The notes beneath the pieces were generated by a model that had not been told where the DNA came from, ran no database searches, and saw only the letters and a program-made list of their open reading frames with translations. DNA of 64,000 nt from Chitinophagales bacterium (GTDB lineage Bacteria; Bacteroidota; Bacteroidia; Chitinophagales; CAIOSU01): contig JAWXCB010000062.1 in NCBI GenBank assembly GCA_034440455.1, forward strand, positions 3,624 to 67,623. The letters run 5' to 3'. How positions within the stretch are numbered: position 1 is the first letter of the stretch; every line of letters begins with the position of its first letter. Positions 1 through 10,226 of this stretch are shown one piece after another. Made by a program: the position numbers and the translations under genes.

Positions 1-262
1 AGGTGAGCGGCTGCTCGGCAAAGGTCTTCAGCGTATCGAGCAAAATCTTGGCAGGAACCGCCACTTTTCCGTTTGTTTTCGCATCCACCTCTACGCTGGT
101 TGACATTGAAGTTTCCAAATCAGTGGCTGACACAGTGAGTTTGCCGCTTTTAATTTCAAAGAGAAAATCTTCCAAAATGGGCAGCACCGAACTCGCTCCA
201 ATCACTCCGCTAATCGTTTGCAACTGCTTGAGCAGCGCGCTGGTAGATACGACAAATTTCAT
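1..262 (-). CDS. dnaN: DNA polymerase III beta subunit (sliding clamp), N-terminal 87 aa; continues beyond window start
   Basis: Minus-strand ATG at 260-262. Translation MKFVVSTSALLKQLQTISGVIGASSVLPILEDFLFEIKSGKLTVSATDLETSMSTSVEVDAKTNGKVAVPAKILLDTLKTF matches the conserved DnaN N-terminus. The listed + ORF 3..353 is its antisense shadow. Confidence 0.85.
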   Translation of the reverse strand, partial: MKFVVSTSALLKQLQTISGVIGASSVLPILEDFLFEIKSGKLTVSATDLETSMSTSVEVDAKTNGKVAVPAKILLDTLKTFAEQPLT

Positions 263-335
263 TTGGTTTCAGGTTTGCGGGCAAAGATACAGATTTGGAC
301 ATGTTTTTAGGATAATTGAACAGGCGGAAAACAAC

Positions 336-365
336 AAAGGCTCTGCTGGATAAGCAGAGCCTTTG
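336..365 (-). terminator. Intrinsic terminator hairpin downstream of the OM barrel gene
   Basis: 9-bp stem ggctctgct (339-347) / agcagagcc (353-361), 5-nt loop, flanked by A and T runs. On the minus strand it is followed by TTTGTTGTTTT. Confidence 0.6.
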
Positions 366-387
366 CGAAAAATTTGTAAAGAACCGA

Positions 388-1090
388 TTAGAAAATCAGG
401 TTAAAGCCAATTTGCGTATCTCCGAAAAAAAGCTCGCTCAGGTCGCCACCCACGTCAAAGTAGCCGCTCTTGAACTTATCCTCTGAGCCTTCCGCTTTGT
501 AGGTGTCATTGAAATACCACAAGCCAAAGCCGTTGAATGAAACTTCAAAGAAAAAGCATTTTGCCGGAGCATAATACATGCCGGGAACTGCATAGAGAAA
601 CACGCGATTAGTGCGCCCTTCACTGTCAATGGTAATCTCGTCATTAAAAAAAATCATACTCCTCATCTACGGATTTGTAGGTTGAGAAACCAAGACCGGC
701 TTCCGCAAACAATCCGAATTTTTTCTTTTCACCGATTTGCCACCAGTAGCGCGCAGCCGGTCCCAAGCCAAAGCCGGTTGACTTGTCGCTGATTTTTCTC
801 TCTTCATCGGGGTTTCCCTGAAAGTATTCAAATTCCGAATTTGACATCATGTCAAAAAACACCGTGCCACCTACGCTGATGTGCTCTGTGAGCATAAAAT
901 GCACTTTAGGACCGATGTTGAACTGGAAATCCTTGTAATCTTTGAAGACATCTCCATCCTCATTTTTTGTTTTATCTCCATCCGTTTGGATGCGGAACGA
1001 GCCACCGAGAATAATATCACCGTCAGCGGGCTGCGCGAACGCAGAAGCGAAACATACAGTTGCAAATGCAAGAACAAATAACTTTTTCAT
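388..1090 (-). pseudogene. Outer-membrane beta-barrel protein gene, frameshifted in a homopolymer
   Basis: ORFs 644..1228 (real start MKKLFVLAFATVCFASAFAQ at 1090, signal peptide) and 388..666 (ends GFNLIF, typical barrel C-terminal Phe) form one gene split by a frame change at the A8/T8 run at 646-653. Confidence 0.7.
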
Positions 1091-1241
1091 GGTTTCAAAT
1101 TTTGGGTTAGAAAATAATGCCGCAAGATAGAGCGGAAAAAAAAATACCGGATTGAGGTTTGTCAAAAAGAAGCTATATGTGTTTGCGAATTGATTTTTGG
1201 CAATTGAATCATTTTTTAACTTATTCATCTTAAATAATTCC

Positions 1242-2813
1242 TCATTTGTCCGGGTAAAATACCCCGATTCTATTTTTTTCTTTTATCTCGCCTTTCAATT
1301 CAGGCTTCAACGGATGTTTTATCTTATACAGCACTATTGAGTCAAAGTCTGCATAATCTTCTGAGATTACAAAAATCTGGCGAATGCCTGATTGTACTGC
1401 CGCGCTGTCAGCGCCAGTGTGATTTTCAATGAGAATTTCTTCTACCCTGCCTAAGTTGTAAGCGGGTCTGTGTTTAAATATTCGCTCTTTTATCTGGTTG
1501 CTGCCGAGCAGAAGCTCGCCTGTTTTATATCCTTCATAATACACATGCTCCGTTTCATGCGGCACCATCGCATCAAATGGAGGATAGCAGGCAAACGGGT
1601 AACTAATCAGTTTAGCCATTCCTAACACCAGATTGCCGCAAAGCAGGATTACTGTTATAACTAACACGCCTCTTATTTCCTTCCAAGGTACGGCAGCGGT
1701 TTCTGCTGTTTCATGCGCAACTATTTTGTTTTTCCGCACGCGGGCGAAAATTTTTTCCCAATCTATCAGCACGGCATAATTTAACAGCAGGCTGAAAAAA
1801 GATATTTTCATAAAGAGGTAAATGCCGGTGTGCATGAGCGTTCCGGTCAGGGCAATCCAGATGCGATGAGCAGGCTTCATTGCCAGAAAAATAAATCCTA
1901 ATTCAAAAGCGATTGCAAAAAGACTGCCCACTACAATCAGCGCTGGATAATTATCAATACGAAAAAAAGGCATCCAGTAATTTAAGGAAGCCCACTTGTA
2001 ATACATTTGATATGTCAGGTTGCAGCGAAAAATCCAATCAAACCCGCCATTCCATAACTTCCAGAAACCCGGGAAAAAATAAATGATGCCCAACAAAAGA
2101 ATGGATGCTTTGATGGGGAAGCCATACTTTACCGATGGGGTTTCGTCAACAGGTTTTTTGAAAATGTACTTTCGGATAAGAGCGTCTAAAGAAAGCATCC
2201 TTCCGCAATTGGAAAAAGCGAGAATGGCGGGAAACCAAATCAAATGATGTGAGCATCCAACTTTCCCAAACATTTGGTGAACGCTGAAAAGATAGTAAGC
2301 AGTTATTAAGTACACAATGGAACTGACGCGCGTAAACAACCCGAAGAACATCATGAGCGCGGAGATATTGAAAACAGGAGCCAGCGCGTCAATAATTTCG
2401 GGAGTGATGGGAATATGCAGCGAATACCATTCTGCCCATGGGATAGCCACTCTGTTTTCAGATGGAAAATACTCGTAGCCCATCGTCATTTTTTTACCTA
2501 CGTCCATTTGGAGAAATACAATCAACACAAAGTAGAGGGAGAAATGAATGACACGGAACATGGCGAGGTTCAGTGGCGACATCGGCTCAAATAAAAAGTT
2601 TTTTGCCGACTGAAGCCTGCTTGTTGTTTTTATTCCCCACAGTAAAAACAGAAAAAAAAGCAAAATCGCGACCCAACTGCGGGTGAGCCAGATTTGTACA
2701 AGGGGGCGTACGAGCAGGTATTCATTAAAAAATAACAGCAGAAAAAAATAAACAGCGGGCAGCAATACGAGCAGCAACACGCTGATGCGAAAAGGGAGTT
2801 TCGCTGTATTCAT
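1242..2813 (-). CDS. Polytopic membrane protein, possibly HTTM-domain family
   Basis: 523-aa ORF with many hydrophobic segments. The PLNLAMFRVIHFSLYF region resembles the HTTM N-terminal helix. The family assignment is tentative. Confidence 0.6.
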   Translation of the reverse strand: MNTAKLPFRISVLLLVLLPAVYFFLLLFFNEYLLVRPLVQIWLTRSWVAILLFFLFLLWGIKTTSRLQSAKNFLFEPMSPLNLAMFRVIHFSLYFVLIVFLQMDVGKKMTMGYEYFPSENRVAIPWAEWYSLHIPITPEIIDALAPVFNISALMMFFGLFTRVSSIVYLITAYYLFSVHQMFGKVGCSHHLIWFPAILAFSNCGRMLSLDALIRKYIFKKPVDETPSVKYGFPIKASILLLGIIYFFPGFWKLWNGGFDWIFRCNLTYQMYYKWASLNYWMPFFRIDNYPALIVVGSLFAIAFELGFIFLAMKPAHRIWIALTGTLMHTGIYLFMKISFFSLLLNYAVLIDWEKIFARVRKNKIVAHETAETAAVPWKEIRGVLVITVILLCGNLVLGMAKLISYPFACYPPFDAMVPHETEHVYYEGYKTGELLLGSNQIKERIFKHRPAYNLGRVEEILIENHTGADSAAVQSGIRQIFVISEDYADFDSIVLYKIKHPLKPELKGEIKEKNRIGVFYPDK

Positions 2814-2900
2814 AGATCGAAAAGATACGTCAAGTTAGCCAAGGTGCCGGAAGGAAATTTCTATTGAGCAGCGTTTTCAAAACGCTTACCGACAATCGTT

Positions 2901-3932
2901 TTACCTCTGCAAATAGAAATCGCTGTGCTTCCTAAAGATTTTTCCGAACACGAAGTTCTGGATGATGACGAAATCTTTTTCGTCATTAATCACTGCGTAG
3001 AATTTATCAATATCATACGGAAGATGTTTCCCTTCTCTGTCGAATTGCGATTTGCTGCGCTTGTTCAGCGGCATGTAGAAAACGGTCATTTGCTTTGAAT
3101 TGCCGTTGCGGTCGGTCGCCATTACGGTAGCGTAGGGCATCTCATTCGTGATGGAATCTTTTTTTGGATTGCCATTGTCATACATTTCTGCATTCAAAAA
3201 ATCGAATGACGACAAATACTTCACTACGCCTTCTTTATAGATTTTGTCTGAAACCGCGCTTGTATAATTTGCGGGCTGCGTGATAATAAAGGAGTCGGCA
3301 TTCACCGCAACAAGATTGAAGGAAAACTGCTGCTGCATGGGATATTGTACGGAAACCTGCGCAATGTCATCCATCTCATAATCGAAGATTCCCGTATCAC
3401 GCCATTCTATTTCTTCAGTGAAGTAGCGCACATCGAGCAACCCGGTGAATCCGGGAATATGCATCACATAAATTTTTTCGGCAGGCGCACCATTCAATTC
3501 CATCCGCATGAAGGTGCCCTTGCTGTCTTGCGTTGCGCCTCCAACGTAGTAAACTTTAAATGGCTTGTCCTCATCCTTGTGATACAACTCCACACGCACT
3601 GATTTTGCTGCAAGCTCGTTTGCTGCGTTTTTGGTTGCCGCTTTTGACACAGGATATTCAACGCGAATCTTTTTCAGCGTTTCCAGCAACACATCCATCT
3701 TAGGCTGCATCACTTTATACTTCCCGTTGATTTTCCAATGGTCGGCTTCCCTGCGCAAATCGGCTTTCGCGTTTTTATTCGAAAGCACAATTCTTTCAAC
3801 CACGGCAACATCTTCCACCGCAAATTCCTGGTCAGACGAAATTTTAATTTCTTCTTTCTTTTGATTCAGAATAAAAAACACAACGGCTGCCACAACAGCG
3901 AGCGCAAGCAAGTAGAGTAGATTTTTTTTCAT
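2901..3932 (-). CDS. DUF4340-like protein associated with GldG
   Basis: ORF downstream of gldG. The ATG at 3932 overlaps the gldG stop in an ATGA junction (3929-3932). It has an N-terminal membrane anchor, and its position matches the usual gldAFG-DUF4340 arrangement. Confidence 0.65.
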   Translation of the reverse strand: MKKNLLYLLALAVVAAVVFFILNQKKEEIKISSDQEFAVEDVAVVERIVLSNKNAKADLRREADHWKINGKYKVMQPKMDVLLETLKKIRVEYPVSKAATKNAANELAAKSVRVELYHKDEDKPFKVYYVGGATQDSKGTFMRMELNGAPAEKIYVMHIPGFTGLLDVRYFTEEIEWRDTGIFDYEMDDIAQVSVQYPMQQQFSFNLVAVNADSFIITQPANYTSAVSDKIYKEGVVKYLSSFDFLNAEMYDNGNPKKDSITNEMPYATVMATDRNGNSKQMTVFYMPLNKRSKSQFDREGKHLPYDIDKFYAVINDEKDFVIIQNFVFGKIFRKHSDFYLQR

Positions 3933-5629
3933 CGTGAGTAGCGTCTTTTTCGAATCCAATTAAATATAATGCCGAAAAAAGCAATCACAAACAGCGGCAC
4001 AGCCACATTGATTAATTGCCACTTTGCTGCTTCGGCTTTCACTTTCGTGTTATCGAGCAAGCGCAGCCGTACTTCTTTGTTCCTAGTTTCAATCAACTTA
4101 ATATCGTCCACGAGATATTCGATGCAGTTCAACAGGAAATCCTTATTCGCAAATGTTTGTTCCGTGTAGGGATAAAAACCAAGCGGATAAACTGAACCGG
4201 TTTTGCTCACATCATTTTTAATTACATCGCCATCAGATAGCACAATCATCTTTGAAAAGATGCTTTGTTCCAGAAATGGTTGTTCGAGCGAATCAAGCGC
4301 TTGCGCAAACGAACTTGCCACGCGGTTTTTAAACACCGACTCAAACTTTCCTTCGAGCAACGCGCCCAGCAACAGATTTTTTTGCTGAAACGTATTTTGG
4401 TCAGGAGGTTCCTTTAACATAGAAAAATGCAACCGCACCGGTGAAAGCAATGCTTTACTATACTGCGAAGAATGCAGCAGCGGAGTTTTTGAAACGCTTG
4501 CTGAATCTTTTCCCACTAAATCAATCGTGCCTGCAAAACGAAATGCAACTGCATCAAGATTGCGCACGATTGCATGTTCATTGTTAGAAACAACGAGCGG
4601 ATAATAATACCAAGGTCTCAGTTCCATTTGCGGTTGGTCACCTAACATTCCAACAACCAGTGGAATTTGATTACATTGTAGATCTTGCACTAGATCGTAA
4701 TTCAATCTAACGCCATATTTAAAAAGCTGGTCTTCCAAATTGAGATTGCGCGGCTGTGAAAAGTAAACGGGCTTGCCCTGTAAGCTATCCATCTCAGCAT
4801 CCATCGCATCAACAAGCCACAACACGCTGCCGCCATTCATGATGAATTGGTCAATCTTAAATTTCTCCTGCTCGCGAAACGGAAGTGTAGGTTTTGCAAC
4901 AATCAGCACATTGGCAGTTTGCGGAATAAATTGCTGCGTGAGGTTGATGGTGTCAACTGAATATTGCAATCCCTGCAAAGTCTTTACAAAGTCGGTGATG
5001 TTTCTGTCGGGCAACTCGCCTTGCCCGCGCGTGAACAAAATGCGCGGGCGGTTGCGCTGCGTGAGTTTTTTGATGCTGTTGGCGAATTTATATTCAAGTA
5101 ATTCCACCGAGTTGTTCAACACTTGCTGCGGACCAAAGCCGATTTGATTTTCGAGCAACTGCACCGGCAATTCTCTGCCCTGATAGGTGAAAATGGCTCC
5201 GGGGAAAATAATTTTCTGCGAATATGCTTCCTCGCCTTTCACCTGCAAATTGGTTGGCATCAGCCCTTTTGCGTTAAGTTCTTTGTAAAGCGCGTTGCGC
5301 TCTTCCGCAGTTCCAAGCGAAGGATTGATAAACACATACTCAATATTGTTGCCTGAATATGCTTTGAATTCATCCAGTGTTTCCTTTGCAGAATTTCTTA
5401 ACCGCTTGAAGCCGGCAGGAAATTCGCCTTCGAGATAAATTTTCACATACACTTCATCATCGAGGCTGTTGAGCAACTGCTTCGTAGCGGTGGAAAGCGA
5501 GTAGCGTTTTTCTTTTGTGAGGTCAAAGCGCGCGTAATATTGATTGCCGATAAAATTCAACAGAAGCAGAATTGCAACTGCAACGATGAAGCGAAACAAC
5601 GCCTGATATTTCAGCGACTTCCTTTTCAT
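3929..5629 (-). CDS. gldG: Gliding motility-associated ABC transporter auxiliary protein GldG
   Basis: 566 aa with N- and C-terminal TM anchors, directly after the gldF-like permease and gldA-like ATPase. Confidence 0.8.
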   Translation of the reverse strand: MKRKSLKYQALFRFIVAVAILLLLNFIGNQYYARFDLTKEKRYSLSTATKQLLNSLDDEVYVKIYLEGEFPAGFKRLRNSAKETLDEFKAYSGNNIEYVFINPSLGTAEERNALYKELNAKGLMPTNLQVKGEEAYSQKIIFPGAIFTYQGRELPVQLLENQIGFGPQQVLNNSVELLEYKFANSIKKLTQRNRPRILFTRGQGELPDRNITDFVKTLQGLQYSVDTINLTQQFIPQTANVLIVAKPTLPFREQEKFKIDQFIMNGGSVLWLVDAMDAEMDSLQGKPVYFSQPRNLNLEDQLFKYGVRLNYDLVQDLQCNQIPLVVGMLGDQPQMELRPWYYYPLVVSNNEHAIVRNLDAVAFRFAGTIDLVGKDSASVSKTPLLHSSQYSKALLSPVRLHFSMLKEPPDQNTFQQKNLLLGALLEGKFESVFKNRVASSFAQALDSLEQPFLEQSIFSKMIVLSDGDVIKNDVSKTGSVYPLGFYPYTEQTFANKDFLLNCIEYLVDDIKLIETRNKEVRLRLLDNTKVKAEAAKWQLINVAVPLFVIAFFGIIFNWIRKRRYSR

Positions 5630-5630
5630 G

Positions 5631-6362
5631 CTACCATTTGCGGCTTTGTAGGGAAAGATGCGTGAGCAAGAGGAAAATCACATTGAACGAGCCGAAGTAA
5701 ATCAAATCACGCGTGTCGAGCACACCTTTGCTCACGGATGCATAATGCGCGTTGATGCCGATAGACTCAACGAGGTCATCTGTTTTTGCATAAAACAAAT
5801 CGAGCTTGCTCAAAAAATCGAATGCCATGTAAAAAAAGAAACACAGGAACACCGCAAGCACGAATGCCACAATCTGGTTGTTCGTAATCGAAGATGAAAA
5901 AATTCCAACGGAAACAAATGCAGAGCCGAGCAACAGCAAACCGATATAAGAGCCATACGTAGCGCCCGAGTCAATATTTCCAATGGGCGAACCGAGTTGA
6001 TAGATGGAGATGTAATAAATGATTGTTGGCAAAAGCGAGAACAGTACCATCGTGAGCGCTGCAAAATATTTTCCAAGAATAATTCCTGATTCTTTGAGTG
6101 GGCGCGTGGAGAGCAATTCAAACGTACCGCTGCTCAACTCTTCAGAAAACATACGCATTGTGATTGCGGGAATCAAAAACAAAAACACCCATGGCGCTGT
6201 GGTGAACAGACCATCCAATGTAGCATATCCATATTCAAGCACACTCGTGTCGGGAAAAATCCAAACGAAAAGCCCAACTACAAGCAGGAATACAATCAAG
6301 GCAAGATAGCCGATGACGGAGCTGAAGAAAGCGTTGAGTTCTTTAAGGTAAATGGCAACCAA
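5631..6362 (-). CDS. gldF: Gliding motility-associated ABC transporter permease GldF
   Basis: 243-aa ABC-2 type permease. Motifs KELNAFFSS, FLIPAITMR and TNNQIVAF are typical of GldF. Confidence 0.8.
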   Translation of the reverse strand: MVAIYLKELNAFFSSVIGYLALIVFLLVVGLFVWIFPDTSVLEYGYATLDGLFTTAPWVFLFLIPAITMRMFSEELSSGTFELLSTRPLKESGIILGKYFAALTMVLFSLLPTIIYYISIYQLGSPIGNIDSGATYGSYIGLLLLGSAFVSVGIFSSSITNNQIVAFVLAVFLCFFFYMAFDFLSKLDLFYAKTDDLVESIGINAHYASVSKGVLDTRDLIYFGSFNVIFLLLTHLSLQSRKW

Positions 6363-6376
6363 GGTAAGTTTGAAGT

Positions 6377-7297
6377 TTAAGGTTTAAAGTTTGAAGTTGT
6401 TAAGGACTTAAATACTTCCTCAAGGGATGACTCCTCCACTTTCAGTGTGAGCAGCGTCAGGTTATTTTCTTTCGCATAGCGTGAAATTTCTTCGCGTAAA
6501 TCGGTTTTGCCTTCCGCAAAGAGCATCCATTCTTTTCTTTCCTGCTTCGCGCTTTTCACGCCTTTAATTTTTTGCAAACTCTCTGCTGATACATTTTCTT
6601 TAAACTCCACGCACACTGCAACGCTGCCTTTCGCGCGTTGCTGCAAATTATCAGTCGTATCATCTGCCACAAGTTTTCCTTTGCTGATGATAATCACACG
6701 GTCGCAAATTGCCTCCACTTCCTGCATGATGTGGGTGGAGAGGATCACCGTTTTTTCTTTTCCCAGCGATTGAATCAACGCTCTGATTTCCAAAAGCTGG
6801 TTGGGGTCAAGTCCTGCTGTCGGCTCATCAAGAATCAACACTTCCGGGTTGTGCAGCATCGCCTGCGCAATACCGACTCTTTGTTTATAGCCTTTTGAAA
6901 GCTGCCCGATTTTTTTTTTCGATTCGGGAGAAAGTCCCGTCACTTCGAGCATCTCACTGATTCTTGATTTTGACTCGTTACCCAACTTGTGTACACGCGC
7001 AACGAATTCCAAATACTCGCGCACATACATATCATAATAGAGCGGGTTGTTTTCCGGCAAATATCCAATGCGCTTTTTCACTTCCAGCGGCTGTTGCTGC
7101 ATATCATGCCCGCATACGGTAACTGTTCCTTCACTCTGCGGAATGAAACCCGTAATGATTTTCATTGTGGTTGATTTCCCTGCGCCATTGGGTCCTAAAA
7201 AGCCAAGCACTTCACCCTTCTGCGCCTGAAACGAAATATCGTCAACCGCGCGTTGCGAGCCATAAAGTTTGGTGAGGTGGGAGATTTGGACGGACAT
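6377..7297 (-). CDS. gldA: Gliding motility-associated ABC transporter ATP-binding protein GldA
   Basis: Walker A GPNGAGKST, signature LSKGYKQR, Walker B ILDEP. First gene of the gldAFG set. Confidence 0.85.
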   Translation of the reverse strand: MSVQISHLTKLYGSQRAVDDISFQAQKGEVLGFLGPNGAGKSTTMKIITGFIPQSEGTVTVCGHDMQQQPLEVKKRIGYLPENNPLYYDMYVREYLEFVARVHKLGNESKSRISEMLEVTGLSPESKKKIGQLSKGYKQRVGIAQAMLHNPEVLILDEPTAGLDPNQLLEIRALIQSLGKEKTVILSTHIMQEVEAICDRVIIISKGKLVADDTTDNLQQRAKGSVAVCVEFKENVSAESLQKIKGVKSAKQERKEWMLFAEGKTDLREEISRYAKENNLTLLTLKVEESSLEEVFKSLTTSNFKP

Positions 7298-7416
7298 TCA
7301 ATTTAAAGCACGCCAAAAATAAGAAAGTGGAAAGCGATTAATCACCCAGCTTACCCTGCATTAAATTATAAAATCGGGCTTGAGCCGATTACTTTAACGA
7401 AAAACGATTTGCGGTA

Positions 7417-8382
7417 TCACAGACCGGGCATATAACGATTATGACCGCCTTCAGCATTTGCTGACTGAGTTTCAACTTCGGCAACTGGTTTATAGGCATA
7501 CGCAGACTCGTGCTGCACAATTCTATTTACTGATGTTGCCGCCTCAGACAAGATTTTATTCTTGCTTTGGTAAGCAACGCGCTTCGTCAGCTTCGGATGC
7601 GTAGATAATTTTTCCGCCAGCCACGACCAAAATCCTGCTTCTGTTTCATTTTGCTCGATGAATGCGCGCACATTTACTTTTTTATACAGCTTCTTTCCTG
7701 ATGCGAGCAACACCAAGCCGTTTATCGTTCCTTTCGGACTTACTGCCGCACCGATATTATCGCACGTATATTCACAGGCGCGTGAATATGCCATGCCGAG
7801 GAATGGGATAAACATAGCGGGAAACAGCAGCAACCGCTTCGAGAGGTGTTTGCGTTTGATATGTCCCAACTCATGTGCTATCACAAATTCAACGCTATCA
7901 CGATTGCTCTCGTAGGCTTCTTCCAAGATGTCGGAATAAATCACGATGTAATCCGTTCCGAGAAAACGGGTGGCGAAGGCATTCAGCAATCCGCCTTGCT
8001 GTAGCAAATACACATCAGGAATTGATTCCATTTCAAGTTGCTGCGCCTGCTTCACAACACTGTTAAAAATATCGGGAAATTGTTCTTCGGTTATTTTCAC
8101 CGCGTTGCCTTTTAAATATCCAATCAAAATGCCCCAATGGAGCATAATGAAAGACACAATCAGTACAATATAAAAAACAATAGGTATCATCACCCACATG
8201 CTCATTTTACTGATGCTAATGATAATTGCGCCAAAGATAACGGCATACATGATTAAGCTGAAAATAAGCATGGTGCTGAAATAGAGTTTCTCTTTTGGAT
8301 GAATTTGATAACTGACTCTGTTTGTCATAAAAAATTTGTTTGCAGGTTTTAAAACCTCCATGAAAGTATTAAAATATTCCAA
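7417..8382 (-). CDS. M48 family zinc metallopeptidase (HtpX-like), membrane-bound
   Basis: HEXXH motif in IAHELGHIKRKH, with N-terminal TM helices. Confidence 0.8.
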   Translation of the reverse strand: MEYFNTFMEVLKPANKFFMTNRVSYQIHPKEKLYFSTMLIFSLIMYAVIFGAIIISISKMSMWVMIPIVFYIVLIVSFIMLHWGILIGYLKGNAVKITEEQFPDIFNSVVKQAQQLEMESIPDVYLLQQGGLLNAFATRFLGTDYIVIYSDILEEAYESNRDSVEFVIAHELGHIKRKHLSKRLLLFPAMFIPFLGMAYSRACEYTCDNIGAAVSPKGTINGLVLLASGKKLYKKVNVRAFIEQNETEAGFWSWLAEKLSTHPKLTKRVAYQSKNKILSEAATSVNRIVQHESAYAYKPVAEVETQSANAEGGHNRYMPGL

Positions 8383-8423
8383 AGATTCCTAACGATATAC
8401 AAAAAAAGGAGGAGAGCAGCGGC

Positions 8424-9302
8424 TTAGAGAGCCATTTCCTTCACTGCCGGGAAATTCGGGTTTCGTCCCGCCATTCTGCGCGCGAATTCCTGGGGAGAGA
8501 ATACTTTGAATTCGTAATCAAATGTTTTTACCCACTGTAGTCCGGCAGGCTCTTCGTGACAGTTGAAGCGGAAGAAGAACGTCTTATCGCAATGATACAT
8601 GCGCACCTGCTTCTGCTCTGTCACAAAATCATAGAAAAAATACACCGGAGGAACTTCTTTCGGTACACAAATAACTTGCAGCGCGGTGCGCGTTTTGCCC
8701 GACAAGTTTGGAAACGACCAATGTACCATGCTGTCATCAAGTACAGCAACCTGCCCGGCTTTCATCACCAGCGGCTCAAAATATTGATGAATCAACTGGT
8801 CGTGCATGTCGGCAAACACATCGCCCATGTTTGGCGGGCGCACCCCATCAAACATATCCTGACTGCCGCGCAACACACCCACCGTTCCGTTATGTTTATC
8901 TACATCCATTAAGGGTATCCATACCGAAACCGATTTATGCTCCGGCTCTTGTGAAAAAGAAGGGTTTTGATGAATGGGAACCGAACCGCTGAATTCGGGG
9001 CTTTTCTCAAAAATATTGATGAGCAGGGGCGTGTAGTTATTCAGCAGCGTGTCCATTTTAACCCCGATAAACTTCTGCACCCTGTCGAAGATGCGGCTTT
9101 TGTAAGCGTAGCCATTATTGAAAGTGCTTAACAAATATGGCGTGTCAATATGCACATCCCGCAGGTTGTGATTATCGTTTTCGCTGCGCGCAATTGTTAT
9201 TAATTCGGCTATTTCCCCGAGTAAAAGAAAAGTTCTGCTCACAGCTACGCCATCCTTCCGAAGGTCGCTGTTTAGCGCGGGGTCATTTAGTATAGCTCGC
9301 AT
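8424..9302 (-). CDS. Phytanoyl-CoA dioxygenase (PhyH)-like Fe(II)/2OG oxygenase
   Basis: 292 aa. The WIPLMDVDKHNGTVGVLRGSQ segment resembles the PhyH core. The metal-binding motif is not clearly intact (HQN). Confidence 0.45.
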   Translation of the reverse strand: MRAILNDPALNSDLRKDGVAVSRTFLLLGEIAELITIARSENDNHNLRDVHIDTPYLLSTFNNGYAYKSRIFDRVQKFIGVKMDTLLNNYTPLLINIFEKSPEFSGSVPIHQNPSFSQEPEHKSVSVWIPLMDVDKHNGTVGVLRGSQDMFDGVRPPNMGDVFADMHDQLIHQYFEPLVMKAGQVAVLDDSMVHWSFPNLSGKTRTALQVICVPKEVPPVYFFYDFVTEQKQVRMYHCDKTFFFRFNCHEEPAGLQWVKTFDYEFKVFSPQEFARRMAGRNPNFPAVKEMAL

Positions 9303-9322
9303 TTCGTAATTTTTTTTATTCC

Positions 9323-9568
9323 ATGAAATCAGCGCACGACAATGCTCCGCGCGCCTTGAAGGATAGTGAGCGCGGAACCAATGAAAACTACAATAGGCTG
9401 CTCAGGCAATATTTCCCGAAAAAAACTTCCTTTGAACATCTCACCGAAGAAGACTTGAAAGCGGTGCAAGACAAACTCAACCACCGAGAAAGAAAACGAT
9501 TAGGCTATCTGTCGCCTATTCAATATCTTCATTCCCTTTTACTCACCAAAGTTGCATTTGCAACTTGA
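9323..9568 (+). pseudogene. IS30-family transposase C-terminal remnant
   Basis: ERGTNENYNRLLRQYFPKKTSFEHLTEEDLKAVQDKLNHRERKRLGYLSPIQYL matches the conserved IS30 transposase C-terminus. Only about 80 aa remain, with no catalytic N-terminal part. Confidence 0.8.
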
Positions 9569-10005
9569 ATGTTGCGATGAATTAGTAAGCATTCTCAGAG
9601 AATACGAAATCTCATGTTGTTCCATCTTTTCTGATAAATATGAATTTCAATTTTGCGGACAAAAATTCTGTATCCCTAACAAGCCATTTTTCTATGAAGA
9701 TGATATTTGCAAATTGCCGGAAAAGTGCAATATTGGTCTTAATGACATTGAATATTTAATAGGAAGGAATCGAATGTATGGCTATGTTTGATTTTACTTA
9801 TTCCTGCTTTTGTTCTCTATATTCCTAATAGCTGGCGCGCGAGTTGCCCAAATATAATTCCCAAACCTCCTAAGTCATGCGCTACTAAAGATACCGTTAC
9901 GAAAACGAAGTCAGTACGCGCCCACCAATCCTAAATAAATTGCTGCCCCTCTTGCACCGATTTTTTATTTCAAACTTCCGTAGCTTTACCTAAACGATTC
10001 TTGTT

Positions 10006-10215
10006 ATGCTTGCTGCGAACAAACTGACTCAAATGCAATTGGAACTGCTGAAAAGTTTCAGGCATGTCACTGACGAAAAACAGTTGCAGGAAGTGAAGTC
10101 GTTGCTCAATTTTTATTTCCGCAAAAAATTAGACGCTGCCATCGGCAAGGAAGAAGAAGCCCGCAACTACACCGCAGCCATTTATAAAGAATGGCTGAGT
10201 AAATCTTCCAAGTAA
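10006..10215 (+). CDS. Putative antitoxin of the PIN toxin-antitoxin pair
   Basis: 69-aa ORF 11 nt upstream of the PIN-domain gene. Size and position are typical of an antitoxin. Confidence 0.55.
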   Translation: MLAANKLTQMQLELLKSFRHVTDEKQLQEVKSLLNFYFRKKLDAAIGKEEEARNYTAAIYKEWLSKSSK

Positions 10216-10226
10216 CTCCCCGCTCA

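Noticed and set aside
282-289. TATCTTTG (minus strand) about 20 nt upstream of dnaN, and TATATTTG at 33236-33243 upstream of the 540-aa gene, as Bacteroidota -7 boxes
   Set aside because: They match TAnnTTTG, but there is no TTTG -33 partner at the expected distance and such 8-mers are frequent in AT-rich DNA. This is too weak to annotate.
3-353. 116-aa + strand ORF at the window start
   Set aside because: The opposite strand encodes a textbook DnaN N-terminus from the ATG at 260-262, so the + ORF is an antisense shadow.
9552-9791. 79-aa Cys-rich ORF after the IS30 remnant
   Set aside because: It has no ATG or clear start, is AT-rich, and shows no recognisable family. It is kept only as context for the accessory islet.
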